Source: an uncultured delta proteobacterium (lineage in GTDB: Bacteria; Myxococcota; UBA727; VGSZ01). Taken from it: DNA of 64,000 bases. This document shows, piece by piece, positions 6,791-17,641 of the stretch; position 1 is the first letter of the stretch, and each line of letters opens with the position of its first letter. The notes below the pieces were generated by a model. The model was not told the DNA's origin. It saw nothing but the letters and a program-made list of their open reading frames with translations, and searched no databases. Location of the stretch: NCBI GenBank assembly GCA_963775425.1, contig CAVZJB010000013.1:128001-192000 (forward strand), read 5' to 3'. The translations under genes and the position numbers were made by a program.

Positions 6791-9580
6791 TTGGCCAACG
6801 TTCCCGACGAGCTCGTGCGGCTGCACGCGCCCCTGACCTGCTGGCACGAGTCCCTCGCCTCGGCCCGGACCAATCCGCTCGTCGCCCTGTCCACGGAAGG
6901 CGCGTTCATCGCCACCTCGCGCCCGGTGCCCGCCGGGACGCCGCTGTTCCTCGAGCTGACGCTGAGCGCGGAGGCACGCGCCGAGATCGACGCCGTCGCC
7001 GTCGCCGGCAACGGATTTTCGGAGGCCGGGTTCTCCGTGCGCTTCGTCGGCGTCGACGAGCGGACGCGGGACCTCATCGAGCGCGCCGTGCGCCAGTCCC
7101 GGGCGCTCGACCCCTTGCCGGCGCCGGCCCCCCGGCCGCCGCCCCGGGCAGCGACCCCGCCGCCCCGGACCCCCACGCCGCCGCCCCGCGCGCCCACGCC
7201 GCCGCCCCCCGCAGCGACCCCGCCGCCCCGCGCGCCGCCGCCGCCGCCGCCCCGCGCCGCGACCCCGCCGCCCCGCGCCGCGACCCCGCTGCCCCGCGCC
7301 GCGACCCCGCCGCCCCGCACGCCCACGCCGCCGCCGCCCCGCACCGCGACCCCGCCGCCCCGCGCAGCGACCCCGCCCCTCGCAGCGACGCCGCCCCGCG
7401 CAGCGACGCCGCCCCGCGCAGCGACCCCGCCCCTCGCAGCGACCCCGCCCCGCGCCGCGACGCCGCGCGCACCGACGCTGCCGCCGCTCGACGAGACGCA
7501 GCCGTTCACCGTCGCCACGCGGCGGGCCACGACGCCCCCGGCGGCCACGCCGCACGAGACGCGGCCGTTCACCGTGGCGCCGGGGCCGGCCGACGACACC
7601 CACTCGTGGGTGCGCGAAGATCTCGCGCGCGCGGCGCTGCCGTCGCGGGCGACGCCGCCGCCGGCGGAGCCGACGTTGCCGGCGACGACGTCGGCTCCGG
7701 CAACGTCGGCGCCGGGAACGTCGGCTCCGGCAACGTCGGCTCCGGCAACGTTGCCGGGGCCGAGGGCGCCGGGGCCGCCGGGGCCGCCGGGGCCGAAGGC
7801 GCCGCTGCCGAAGATCGCGTCGCTCGACGTGCCGGGGGCGCCGCTGCCGGCCATCGAGGAGACCCAGCGGTGGCCCACGGCGAAGGTACGGGTCGCGGGC
7901 GCGCCGCTCGAGATGCCGGTGGGGGATGTCCCGTTTTCGCCGCCCGACGTCGACGAGGACGCGCCCACGGAGGCCGGCGGCCTCGACGCGCTGTTCCCCG
8001 AGGCCGCGGAGGCGCGCTACCCGGAGCCGCGCGTGCCCGGGGGCCTGGAGGCGCCGCCGTCGCTGTCGTTCGATCCCGCGCCGGGCCTCGAGGTGCGCGA
8101 CGACGGCCCGGCGCTGTCCATCGACGAGGGCACGGGGCTGTCCATGGAGGAGCGCGCGGCGCTGTCGGGGGAGGGCGAGGCCGTCGTCGACGCGGACGAG
8201 GACGGCGGCGTCGACGTCGACATGGACGACAACCCCTTCGGCGCGGCCGGCGGGATCCTCGGCGACGAGGCCGAGCTGCCCGTCGGCGGCGGGCTGTCCT
8301 TCGGCGTCGAGGTCACCGACCCCGGCGGCAGCGCCACCATGGAGGACGTGCCCATCGACAGCCTGGACGAGAGGCCGACGCTCGACGAGCAGGAGCCCCT
8401 CGACATGCTCGAGGTCGAGGAGGTCGAGGAGGTCGAGGAGGTCGAGGAGGTCGAAGGAGAGCGGGCCGAGCACGCGCAGACCGAACGGGCCGCGCAGGCC
8501 GACCCGGCCCCGGGCGGCGGCTGGGCGGCGGAGATCGGCTCCGTGCCGCGGGCGTCGCTGGCGCCGGTCACGGACGAGGGCGCCGTCGCGGTCACCGCGC
8601 GCATGCCGGCGATGGCGGACGTCCCGCTCGTGTCGCGCACGTCCGACGAGGACGAGCCCGTGATGCCGTCGCCGCAGGCGGCGCCGCCGAGGCCCCGCCC
8701 GCCGGGCGCGTTCGAGGCGCCCCCGTCGCAGGACAACCCCTTCGAGCGCAACCCCTTCCTGCGGAGCGACAACCCCTTCGAGCAGGCCACGAAGCCGCCC
8801 CCCGCCGCGCAGCCCGGGAGCCCCCTCAACCCCTTCGCGCCGCTGCCTCCGACAGCGATCCCAAAAGCCGCCCCCGAGCGGGCCAAGACCAACCCCTTCG
8901 CCGCCTCGGCGCCCCCGGACACGGCCAACGCGCCGAGCCCCTTCGCGTCGAGCGCCTTCCCCTCGGCGCCGCCGAACCCGTTCGCGCCCGCCGCCGCGCG
9001 CTCGCCGTTCGACGGGCTCCCGCCGCGGCCGGACACCCCGCCGTCGTCGGCCGCGGCGACGACGTCGCCGGGGTTCAGCCCGCCGCCGGCGGTGACGTCG
9101 CACCAGACGGAGCCCTACCTCACGCTCAAGGGCCTCAAGGACCTGCCGCCCCTGCCCCCGCTGCCGCCGCCGCCGCAGCCGCTCGCGGCGCCGCCGGCGG
9201 TGCAGCGGTCGACAGATCCGTTCCTGCCCGCGTGGAGCACGCCGCCCCCAGACAAGCCGGGCGCCGGCAGCGAAGACCCGGCCGTGGCGGCCGTCTCCGC
9301 GGTCTCCGCGGTGGCCACCATGCTCAACAACGACACCATGCCGTCGCTGCCGCCGAGCGAGGGCGAGACCTACTTCGACGACCTCGCCTTCGGCGCGGCC
9401 GAGCCCGCGGCGGCGAGCGAGGCTGCGTCGTGGGAGGTGCCGCCGCAGCCCGAGGACCAGCTCCCGGTCGTCGTCGGGAAGAACGACGATCTCCCCGTCG
9501 TCGTCGGCAACAACGAGCAGGGCGCCGCCGGCGGCGACGAGCCGCCCGGGTGGATCGTGGGCGAGCCCGCCAAGAAGTGA
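6791..9580 (+). CDS. PilZ-like N-terminal domain plus long Pro-rich/acidic disordered region with NPF repeats
   Basis: LSTEGAFIAT..PVPAGTPLFLEL..GFSVRF resembles a PilZ barrel; RAATPPP repeats, (EVE)n, 7 NPF motifs; start uncertain. Confidence 0.65.
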   Translation: MANVPDELVRLHAPLTCWHESLASARTNPLVALSTEGAFIATSRPVPAGTPLFLELTLSAEARAEIDAVAVAGNGFSEAGFSVRFVGVDERTRDLIERAVRQSRALDPLPAPAPRPPPRAATPPPRTPTPPPRAPTPPPPAATPPPRAPPPPPPRAATPPPRAATPLPRAATPPPRTPTPPPPRTATPPPRAATPPLAATPPRAATPPRAATPPLAATPPRAATPRAPTLPPLDETQPFTVATRRATTPPAATPHETRPFTVAPGPADDTHSWVREDLARAALPSRATPPPAEPTLPATTSAPATSAPGTSAPATSAPATLPGPRAPGPPGPPGPKAPLPKIASLDVPGAPLPAIEETQRWPTAKVRVAGAPLEMPVGDVPFSPPDVDEDAPTEAGGLDALFPEAAEARYPEPRVPGGLEAPPSLSFDPAPGLEVRDDGPALSIDEGTGLSMEERAALSGEGEAVVDADEDGGVDVDMDDNPFGAAGGILGDEAELPVGGGLSFGVEVTDPGGSATMEDVPIDSLDERPTLDEQEPLDMLEVEEVEEVEEVEEVEGERAEHAQTERAAQADPAPGGGWAAEIGSVPRASLAPVTDEGAVAVTARMPAMADVPLVSRTSDEDEPVMPSPQAAPPRPRPPGAFEAPPSQDNPFERNPFLRSDNPFEQATKPPPAAQPGSPLNPFAPLPPTAIPKAAPERAKTNPFAASAPPDTANAPSPFASSAFPSAPPNPFAPAAARSPFDGLPPRPDTPPSSAAATTSPGFSPPPAVTSHQTEPYLTLKGLKDLPPLPPLPPPPQPLAAPPAVQRSTDPFLPAWSTPPPDKPGAGSEDPAVAAVSAVSAVATMLNNDTMPSLPPSEGETYFDDLAFGAAEPAAASEAASWEVPPQPEDQLPVVVGKNDDLPVVVGNNEQGAAGGDEPPGWIVGEPAKK
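7140..7465 (+). repeat. Coding tandem repeats of 18-24 nt encoding RAATPP(P)
   Basis: Repeated gcgaccccgccgccccgc units. Confidence 0.85.
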
Positions 9581-9598
9581 CGCGGCGCGGGCGCCCGC

Positions 9599-10330
9599 TT
9601 ATTCGACGGAGCCGATGACCACGAGCGTGGTGCCGGTGACGATGCCGGCGGCGCCCACGACGCCGAGCACGGTGGCGATGACCGTGTCCTGCACCGACGC
9701 GGTCTCGAGGCTCTTCTTGTTCACCAACAGCGCCGCGCGCGTGTTGTCCGAGATGGCTGGGTCCGCGAGGCGCTCGTCGGCGCTCGTGATGCGCCGCCCG
9801 AGGCCGACCAGATCGAGCGCGTACGCGCCCGCGCCGGCGCCGGCGAGCACGCCCACGCCGAGCGACAGCATCATCCACGCGGGGTGGATGGCGGGCGGCG
9901 GCGGCGTGAGCATCGCCTCCTGCCGCTCGATGCGCGCGATGGTGGCCTCGTGGGCGCGGTCGATGCGGATGGGCGCGTCCGCCGAGCCGACGCGGGTGGG
10001 GCCGTTGCCGGCGACGTCGGTGGCCTCGATGTAATAGTCGAAGCCGCTCTTTTGCAGGCCGTCGGGCAGCCGCGCGATGAACAGGCCGCCGGTGCCGCCC
10101 TTGAGCTCGGCCTTCTCCCAGGTGTTGGCGCCGACGGCGCGGTAGATGACGTACGCGGTGCCCACGCCGGTGCCGGGGTCCGAGAGCATCGCGGTGATGA
10201 CCGGGGCGGCGGCGGGGTTGGACGCGGCGGCCGCGAGGTCTTCGATGATGGGAGGCTCGGTGTCCTGCGGCGCCCGGGCGGCGCCGGTGGCGAGGACGAG
10301 GAGGGCGGCGGGGAAGAACGGAACCGTCAT
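9599..10330 (-). CDS. Hypothetical exported/membrane protein with Ig-like domain and C-terminal TM helices
   Basis: Signal peptide; DTEPPII..YYIEATDVAGN beta-sandwich motif; two hydrophobic segments; overlaps GGDEF stop. Confidence 0.65.
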   Translation of the reverse strand: MTVPFFPAALLVLATGAARAPQDTEPPIIEDLAAAASNPAAAPVITAMLSDPGTGVGTAYVIYRAVGANTWEKAELKGGTGGLFIARLPDGLQKSGFDYYIEATDVAGNGPTRVGSADAPIRIDRAHEATIARIERQEAMLTPPPPAIHPAWMMLSLGVGVLAGAGAGAYALDLVGLGRRITSADERLADPAISDNTRAALLVNKKSLETASVQDTVIATVLGVVGAAGIVTGTTLVVIGSVE

Positions 10331-11646
10331 CCGGCCTCAGCGACGTGCACGCTGTTTCTGATGGAGCCCTTGCCGATGTACATCGCGCGGTCCGCCATGT
10401 CGAGAATCGCCTGCGCGTCGCGCGCGTGCCGGGGGAACGATGCCACGCCGACGCAGACGGTGATGGGCAGCGTCGGCCCCGACGCGAGCTGAAAGCCGTT
10501 GTTGCTGATGGTGGCGCGGATGCGCTCGGCGACGTTCATGGCGATCTGCGTGTCGACGTCGGGCAGGAGCACCGTGAACTCGTCGCCGCCGTAGCGCGCG
10601 ACGACGTCGCCCTCGCGGACACAGCGCATGAGCACCTGCGCGACGTCCACGAGCAGGCGGCTGCCGGCGACGTGCCCATGGCGATCGTTGACGCCCTTGA
10701 AGTGGTCGACGTCGAGGAAGAGCACCGAGAACGGCAGGTCGCCCTTTTGCGCCAGCGTCGTCACCGACTCCTGGAACGCACGCGCGTTCCACAGGCCGGT
10801 GAGCGAGTCGCGGCGGGCCTCGCGCTCGGCGTCGGCGAAGCGGAGGGTGTTGCGAAACGCCGTCTGGAGCTGACGCGCGAGGAACAGCCCGGTCTCCTCG
10901 CGGCCGGCGTCGAAGGCGGTGGCGGACACGAGGATGGCGGCGCGGTTGTCGTCGAGGTCGAGCACGAGCGCCTCGCCGAAGCGCGCGAGCACCGGGCCGG
11001 CGTCGTGGAGCTTGACGCGGTCGGTGAAGTTCACCGGGCGCGGCAGCCGGGCGAGGGCGTGGCACTCGGCCTCCGACAGGCCGCGCTCGGCGAGCACGTC
11101 CTTCTCGGAGACGAGGGCGCCGCCGTCGGCGCGGGTGAAGGAGCAGAGGGCGTCGAGGCCGTAGGTGCCGAGCTTCTGCCCGTCGAGGGTCTCGAGGATG
11201 CGCTGTCCGGCGGCGAACAAGGCGAGGTCGTGGCGCAGGCGGCCGTTCTCGTTGAGCAGCCGCAGGCGCTCGAGCGCGCGCGCGATGGCGAGGCGCATGC
11301 GGCCCGGCGCGGTGGGCTTGACGAGGAAGTCAGAGGCGCCGCGGTGCAGGGCGTCGACGGCGGTGTCGACGTCGTGCACCTCGGTGACGACGACGACCTC
11401 GGGCGAGGCGCCGCGCGGATCGCGCACGAGGCGCAGCTTGTCGATGAGCTCGACGCCGGGGGACGAGGCCTCGTCGCCGCTCCAGGGGTCGACGACGACG
11501 ACGTCGGGCGCGACCTTGCGCACCGCGGCCACGGCGTCGTCGAGGTTGGGGCGCAGCTCGACGGCGTGGCCGTCTTCGGCGAGGGCGTCGGCGACGTTGG
11601 ACGCGGCGGCGCTGTCGGCGTCGAGGATGAGCACCCTGCCGATCAC
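10327..11646 (-). CDS. Response regulator diguanylate cyclase (REC-linker-GGDEF)
   Basis: VLILDAD, DVVVVDPW, GASDFLVKP; RDSLTGLWN, DVDHFKGVNDRHGH, I-site REGD, RYGGDEF. Confidence 0.92.
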   Translation of the reverse strand: MIGRVLILDADSAAASNVADALAEDGHAVELRPNLDDAVAAVRKVAPDVVVVDPWSGDEASSPGVELIDKLRLVRDPRGASPEVVVVTEVHDVDTAVDALHRGASDFLVKPTAPGRMRLAIARALERLRLLNENGRLRHDLALFAAGQRILETLDGQKLGTYGLDALCSFTRADGGALVSEKDVLAERGLSEAECHALARLPRPVNFTDRVKLHDAGPVLARFGEALVLDLDDNRAAILVSATAFDAGREETGLFLARQLQTAFRNTLRFADAEREARRDSLTGLWNARAFQESVTTLAQKGDLPFSVLFLDVDHFKGVNDRHGHVAGSRLLVDVAQVLMRCVREGDVVARYGGDEFTVLLPDVDTQIAMNVAERIRATISNNGFQLASGPTLPITVCVGVASFPRHARDAQAILDMADRAMYIGKGSIRNSVHVAEAG

Positions 11647-11928
11647 CGACGCGCCGAGCTCGCGGGGCGACGGCCGATGCGACTGCGAGTCCTCGCGCTT
11701 GGCCTTTCCCCGCGGCACGGCCTCGGGCACGCCGACCGGCGTCGCCGGGCGCGGCGGGCGGCTGAACTGGGGGCGCAGGCGTCGATTGGTCACGGCTCCC
11801 CCCGTCCTACGACATGCAGCGTCCCGCTGCCCAATTTCCGCCTCCCGGGCGGTCCCAGCGACCCGCGCGGAGGCGCCGTGGCCGGGATCGGAGCTTGACT
11901 GCGCGTCGCGGTGCGGCACGCTTTGCCC

Positions 11929-12645
<717 letters not shown>

Positions 12646-12689
12646 CGCGTGGCGCGCTGGCACGTCCGCCGCTCGGCGCGCGGCGGGCG

Positions 12690-15659
12690 TCAGAAGCGCC
12701 AGGTGTCGGCGAAGGTGATGCCGCCGCCGGCGATGGCGTTCCAGCCGAGCTGATCGAGGGGCGGCTTCTTGCCGACCAAGAAGATGGTGTCGAAAAAGAC
12801 GAACACCGACGTCGTCGGCGTCACCGGGAGCGCGAGCCGGTGCACGGCCTGTGCGCGCAGCGCGAGGTCGGACTCGAGGTCGTCGCCGTCGGGGATGAAG
12901 TAGCGCGCGTCGACGTCGCTGGTGAAGGCGAGCTTCCACAGCGGCACGAGGATGTGCCACTCGAGGCCCGCGCCGACGTCGTTCCTGACGGGGCCGCCGT
13001 GGTCGAACGCCTCGCTGGCGTCGTGCTGGAGGATGGCGCCGAGGCGCACCTCCTTCACCCAGTTGCCGGGGAACGCCGCGATGCCCGCGGACTCGCGAAA
13101 GAGCCACTGGCGCGGGAGCTCGGTGAAGCCCTTCTGCGGGTCGCTCGCGTCGACGGGGACCTGCGTCGGCGTGATCTCGCTGTCCACCGCGAGCTGCCCG
13201 AACGGCACGATGCGGAAGTCGCCCGCGTCGCCGTGGATGCTGATGGAATTGAGGCGGCCCTCCGTCGACAGCACCGCGTCGTCGACCTGGTCTTGCAACA
13301 GCGAGCCGGGCACGTCGACGAGCAGGATGCTCTCGTAGTGGAGCTTGAGCCGGCTCTCCCAGGCGAACGACGCGCTGTCGTACAGGGACTGCAGCTCCGC
13401 GTGGACGCCGATCTGCGAAAACGCCGGCTGCGCCGCGCGCGCCTCTTTGGTGAGCGCGAACGGTGCGATGTTGTCGCTGCTCCTGCCGCCCGTGCCGTGC
13501 ACGTCGAGCCCGGCGACCGAGAAGCGCCACTCGGGCTCCACCACCGTGGCCTCGTCGTCGAGGAGCGCGCCGATCTTCCGGGCGTCTTGATCGGCGCGCT
13601 CGAGCACCGCGAGCACCGCGGCCGACGCCGCGAGCGCCGCGCCGCTCGGCCCGTCCTCTACGCGCCAGCGCGCGTCGCCGGTGACGGCGAAGCGCTTGTG
13701 CGCCGGCTGCTTGTCGAGGAGCGCGGCGACGTCGCCGCGGGCGGCGCTCTTGGCGTCGAGCGCCACGCGATAGGTCACCGCGGGATCGATCTTCCTGCCG
13801 CCCACCACGCCCCGGGCCGGGTCCACCGCCGACGCGTAGATCCACGACGACGGCGGAAACGACGACGCCTGCCGCGCCACCGCCTGCGCGAGCCGCAAGA
13901 GCACGTCGCCGCGCAGCTCGACCACGATGAGCGCGCCCTTGCCGCTGAGCCAGTCGCGCACGAAGCCGCGTGAGACGGCGGCGTTGCCGAGATCGCTCCT
14001 GCGCGGCGTGGTGGCCGTGAACGCGGCGTCGACGCCGAGCGCCCTGTTGACGGCGTTGGCGGCGAGGCGGTGGAAGAGCGCGTCAGACCAGATGGGCGGG
14101 TCGTCGGGGGCCACGGTGACGAAGCCGCCGCGGTAGGCGATGTCCTGGCCGCGGGCGAGCGCCGCGGCGCCTTTTGCGTGTGCGAGCACGTCGTCGAGCT
14201 TGGGCAACAGCGGGGGCGCGTCGTGGAGCCAGTCGCGCTCCTCGGCGACGCGGAACGGGCGCGCGAAGGCAACGTCGCGCGGGCTCCAGCCGTCCACGGG
14301 CGGCGCCGCGTCTTCGAGCTCGGCGAGGCGCCACGCGCGCGGCGGCTCGCCTCGGGCGGGCTCGAAGCGCGCGGTGACGGTGCGGACGGCGACCGCGTCT
14401 CCGAGCACGGCGAGCATGGGCCCGGGCTCGCGCACGCCTTCGCGCGCGTTTTGGGGGACGGCGCGCGTGACGACGTCGAGGGCGTCGGTGCGGCCCTCGC
14501 CGCCGGCGACGACGACGTCGACGCCGGGGACGCCCGCGAGCTTGGGGAGCAGGTCCCTGGAGGCCGTGATGACGACGACGAGGTCGGGCGGCCTTGGCAA
14601 GAGCATCTCCTTGCCGACGACGTCGTAGGCGGCGGCGATGGGGTCGTCGACGCGCCACGAGGCGCGCAGCTCGGGGGGCGCGCGCTCGAGCGCGGCGGGA
14701 TTGACGAGGCCGATGACGGCGACGCGCACGCCGTCGACGTCGCGCTCGACGACGGCGTCGAAGTCCTTCGCCCCGCGAGCGTCCTTCGCGCCGCCCTTCG
14801 GGGGCGCGGCCGCGAGGTTGGCGGCGGCGACGACGGGGTGGCCGGCCTTCTGGCGCCAGGCGTCGAAGGCGTCGTGCCCGAGGGCGAGGTCGAAGGGCCC
14901 GGGGACGATGACGTCGGGCGCGACGGCCCTGGCGACCGACGCACACGCGTCGGCGCGCGGCACGTAGCCGGCGACGCCGCCGGGCATGACGGTGAGCGCG
15001 CCTTCGCCGGCGCGGGCGCGGGCGTCGTCGAGGGCGACCTTCAAGCGCGCGGGGCCGCCGACGATGAGGACGCAGGTGACGAGGGTGACGGTGCCGCCGG
15101 GGGTGCCGACCTCGTCGAAGCCGACGAAGGCGCGCTCGTAGTCGAGGGGGTCAGTGGAGGCGCTCGACGACAACGTGCCGTCGGGGCGCGGGATCTCGAC
15201 GACGAGGACGCTCGCGCTTCCCTTCTTTTCGCGCACGAGGCGCACCTCGGTCTCCTCGATGTCGGGGCTGCGCCCGCGGGCGGCGCCCTCTTCGGCGAGG
15301 TGGTGCAGGTAGCCCTCGGGGGCGCCGGGCAGCGCGAAGGTGAGCTCCTCGGGCGTGCGCAGCGCGGGCAGGTGCGCGGCGACGACGGTGCGCTCGACGC
15401 CGGCGGCGGCGACGACGCGCGCGGGGGCGGTGGTGTCGAGCGCTTCGGGGTCGGGCACGACGATGCGCTCGTCGTCGGCGAGGCCGGCGGGGCCGAGGGC
15501 GCGGGTGGAGACCTTGTTGCCCGTGCGCTTGGCGTCCTGATACGCGATGGAGCCGACGCGCGAGCTGGCGCGGAACGTCGCGAGGCAGGGCGGCGCGACG
15601 ACGACGCGCACGTCGGTGGACGAGGAGACGAGGAGAGCAAAGCTGAGGGCGGCGATCAC
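12690..15659 (-). CDS. Degenerate 5'-nucleotidase-like protein fused to a probable outer-membrane beta-barrel
   Basis: Signal peptide; VDGVRVAVIGL, DLVVVIT, GVDVVVAGG, GRKIDPAVTYRVA; GNHE position reads GPFD; amphipathic beta C-terminus ending WRF. Confidence 0.65.
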   Translation of the reverse strand: MIAALSFALLVSSSTDVRVVVAPPCLATFRASSRVGSIAYQDAKRTGNKVSTRALGPAGLADDERIVVPDPEALDTTAPARVVAAAGVERTVVAAHLPALRTPEELTFALPGAPEGYLHHLAEEGAARGRSPDIEETEVRLVREKKGSASVLVVEIPRPDGTLSSSASTDPLDYERAFVGFDEVGTPGGTVTLVTCVLIVGGPARLKVALDDARARAGEGALTVMPGGVAGYVPRADACASVARAVAPDVIVPGPFDLALGHDAFDAWRQKAGHPVVAAANLAAAPPKGGAKDARGAKDFDAVVERDVDGVRVAVIGLVNPAALERAPPELRASWRVDDPIAAAYDVVGKEMLLPRPPDLVVVITASRDLLPKLAGVPGVDVVVAGGEGRTDALDVVTRAVPQNAREGVREPGPMLAVLGDAVAVRTVTARFEPARGEPPRAWRLAELEDAAPPVDGWSPRDVAFARPFRVAEERDWLHDAPPLLPKLDDVLAHAKGAAALARGQDIAYRGGFVTVAPDDPPIWSDALFHRLAANAVNRALGVDAAFTATTPRRSDLGNAAVSRGFVRDWLSGKGALIVVELRGDVLLRLAQAVARQASSFPPSSWIYASAVDPARGVVGGRKIDPAVTYRVALDAKSAARGDVAALLDKQPAHKRFAVTGDARWRVEDGPSGAALAASAAVLAVLERADQDARKIGALLDDEATVVEPEWRFSVAGLDVHGTGGRSSDNIAPFALTKEARAAQPAFSQIGVHAELQSLYDSASFAWESRLKLHYESILLVDVPGSLLQDQVDDAVLSTEGRLNSISIHGDAGDFRIVPFGQLAVDSEITPTQVPVDASDPQKGFTELPRQWLFRESAGIAAFPGNWVKEVRLGAILQHDASEAFDHGGPVRNDVGAGLEWHILVPLWKLAFTSDVDARYFIPDGDDLESDLALRAQAVHRLALPVTPTTSVFVFFDTIFLVGKKPPLDQLGWNAIAGGGITFADTWRF

Positions 15660-15702
15660 GCCGGCACCCTAGCGCAGCCCCCCTCCGCGCGAACAAAGGG
15701 TG

Positions 15703-16836
15703 TCAGCGCGCGTCGTCCCAGTGTGGGTAGTCGCTCTTCAGCTTGTGCAGACCGAAGTGGCGCTCGACCCAATGAAAGACCTGCGGGCTCAGGCTGAGGT
15801 CGCGGCTCTCGTCGGGGTCCGACAGATCGAAGGTGCGCTTTGCGCCGTCGGGCGCCTCGAGGGTGAGGCGGCGCGGCAGGTTCACGGCGATGAGGTCCAC
15901 GGCGAAGCCGCCGTAGTGGTGCGAGCGGCGCGCGCCGTTCTTGCTCGCGTACACGACGTTGTACGCCTCCGCCATCATGCGCGCGGCGTCGCGCGTGGCG
16001 GTCCAGCCCCCGGCCGTGCGCCAGCGGATGGGCACGTGCAGCCGCCAGCGGCGGTTCATCCTGTCGAGCATGCGCACGCGCGCCTTGACCTCGGCGGGCG
16101 ACGTGGCGCGGCTCAGCATATACGCGCCCCACATGAGGTAGCCCCGCGCCCGCGCGCGCACGGTGGCGTCGAGGCAGACGTCGGCGCCCTGCGCGCGCAG
16201 TTGGCCCATCAGCGCGCGGACGCGCGCGTCGAGGTCGTTGTTCGGCCGGGCCTCCTTGAGCGCGACCAGCAGCGCGTCCTCGTCGTCGGGGCTCGCGTAG
16301 CGCACCGTCCAGGCGGGACCGAGCGGCGCGCCGTCGGCCGGCGCTTGGTAGACCGCCGGCTGCGGCGGCGGATCCACCGGCATCTTCCCGGGCGGGTCGC
16401 CGTAGCGCCGCGGACGGTTCCGGAACACGTCGTCGGGGTGCAGGAAGATGCCGAAGCTGCGCGCGCGGTCGGGCGTGAGCACCACGGGCTTGCCCCGCGC
16501 GCCGGCTGCGCCGGCGACGAGGACGTCGTCGAGGAAGTAGATGAAGTCCTCGAGGTCCACGGGGCGCCCGAGCTGCTCGCGCGCGGCGCGCAGCAGCGGC
16601 TCTTGTTCGGGGGTGGCCGCGAGCCTCGCGAGCGCGGCGCCGTCGACGGCGACGCCGGCGACGTCGAGGGTCCAGTCACCGAGCGCGCGCCCCGCCGCCG
16701 CGAGCTGCGCGCGCGCGTCGCCCTGCGCGGGGAGCACCTCGAGCGCGCGATCGGTGTCGATGAGGCCGATGCGGCTGTCCGCCGGCGCCGTCGCCAGCGC
16801 GGAGACGAGTGCGCACAGGGCCACCGACGTCATCAT
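15703..16836 (-). CDS. Secreted M15-like (VanY/LAS) zinc peptidase
   Basis: Signal peptide; ATVR, SHHYGGFAVD (SxHxxGxAxD) and C-terminal DYPHW. Confidence 0.6.
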   Translation of the reverse strand: MMTSVALCALVSALATAPADSRIGLIDTDRALEVLPAQGDARAQLAAAGRALGDWTLDVAGVAVDGAALARLAATPEQEPLLRAAREQLGRPVDLEDFIYFLDDVLVAGAAGARGKPVVLTPDRARSFGIFLHPDDVFRNRPRRYGDPPGKMPVDPPPQPAVYQAPADGAPLGPAWTVRYASPDDEDALLVALKEARPNNDLDARVRALMGQLRAQGADVCLDATVRARARGYLMWGAYMLSRATSPAEVKARVRMLDRMNRRWRLHVPIRWRTAGGWTATRDAARMMAEAYNVVYASKNGARRSHHYGGFAVDLIAVNLPRRLTLEAPDGAKRTFDLSDPDESRDLSLSPQVFHWVERHFGLHKLKSDYPHWDDAR

Positions 16837-17081
16837 CAGCTCTATGGAACCGCACTGCGCCGCCGACGTCAAAAAAGCCGGCTGGACTGCGCGGGAGCGG
16901 CCACATCTCTCCGCCGGGCGACCGATACCGCACGGTCTGGCTCCGTCGTCGACCACGCGAGGCGGCGACAGCGGTCGCACGGTCCTCACGCCTCGGACGG
17001 GCAGCCAACGCGCACGTCCGGGGCCGGTGTGCTAGCCGGGTCGAGCGCGCCGCAGGGGCGCGCGACGAAGGAGGGACGCGA

Positions 17082-17618
17082 ATGCCTCTCGGGTCGACGA
17101 AGAAGACGAGCGCCGCGAAGAAGACCGCGAAGAAGACCGCGAAGAAGACCGCGAAGAAGACCGCGCGCGCGTCCGCCGGCGCGGCGAAGGGCGCCGGGAA
17201 GGCGACGCCGGCGGCGAACGGCGAGCTGAGCGCCACCGAGGAGATCGACGCCCGGCTCAAGGCGTTGGGCGACTGGCGCGGGGCGACGCTCGGGCGCCTG
17301 CGCGCGCTCATCAAGCGGGCCGACCCCGACGTCGTCGAGGAGGTGAAATGGAGAAAGCCGTCGAACTCGATGCGCGGGGTTCCGGTGTGGTCTCACGACG
17401 GCATCATCTGCACCGGTGAGCTCTACAAGGACAAGGTCAAGCTCACCTTCGCCGGGGGCGCCGCGGTCCCCGACCCTGCCGGTCTGTTCAACGCCGGCTT
17501 CGGCGGCAACACGAGGCGCGCCCTGGACGTCTACGAGGGCGACAAGGTCGATGAGAAGGCGTTCGAGGCCCTCGTCCGCGCGGCGGTGGCCGCCAACAAG
17601 ATGAAGCGGCGGAAATAG
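17082..17618 (+). CDS. DUF1801 (YdhG-like) protein with N-terminal AKKT repeats
   Basis: LGDWRGATL, EEVKW, GVPVWSHDGIICTGELYKDKVKLTF, GNTRRALD; GGAGG RBS. Confidence 0.85.
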   Translation: MPLGSTKKTSAAKKTAKKTAKKTAKKTARASAGAAKGAGKATPAANGELSATEEIDARLKALGDWRGATLGRLRALIKRADPDVVEEVKWRKPSNSMRGVPVWSHDGIICTGELYKDKVKLTFAGGAAVPDPAGLFNAGFGGNTRRALDVYEGDKVDEKAFEALVRAAVAANKMKRRK

Positions 17619-17641
17619 ATCGTCTCCTCGTCGTCGACGCG

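Noticed and set aside
6545-9618. Long alternative ORFs (6545-9103 minus, 6733-9618 plus) and similar Arg/Ala-rich ORFs across the window
   Set aside because: Shadow frames of high-GC genes with no motifs; only the last 61 codons of 6545-9103 are real (yacG)
17100-17165. AKKT repeats as a separate histone-like gene
   Set aside because: In-frame low-complexity leader of the DUF1801 protein
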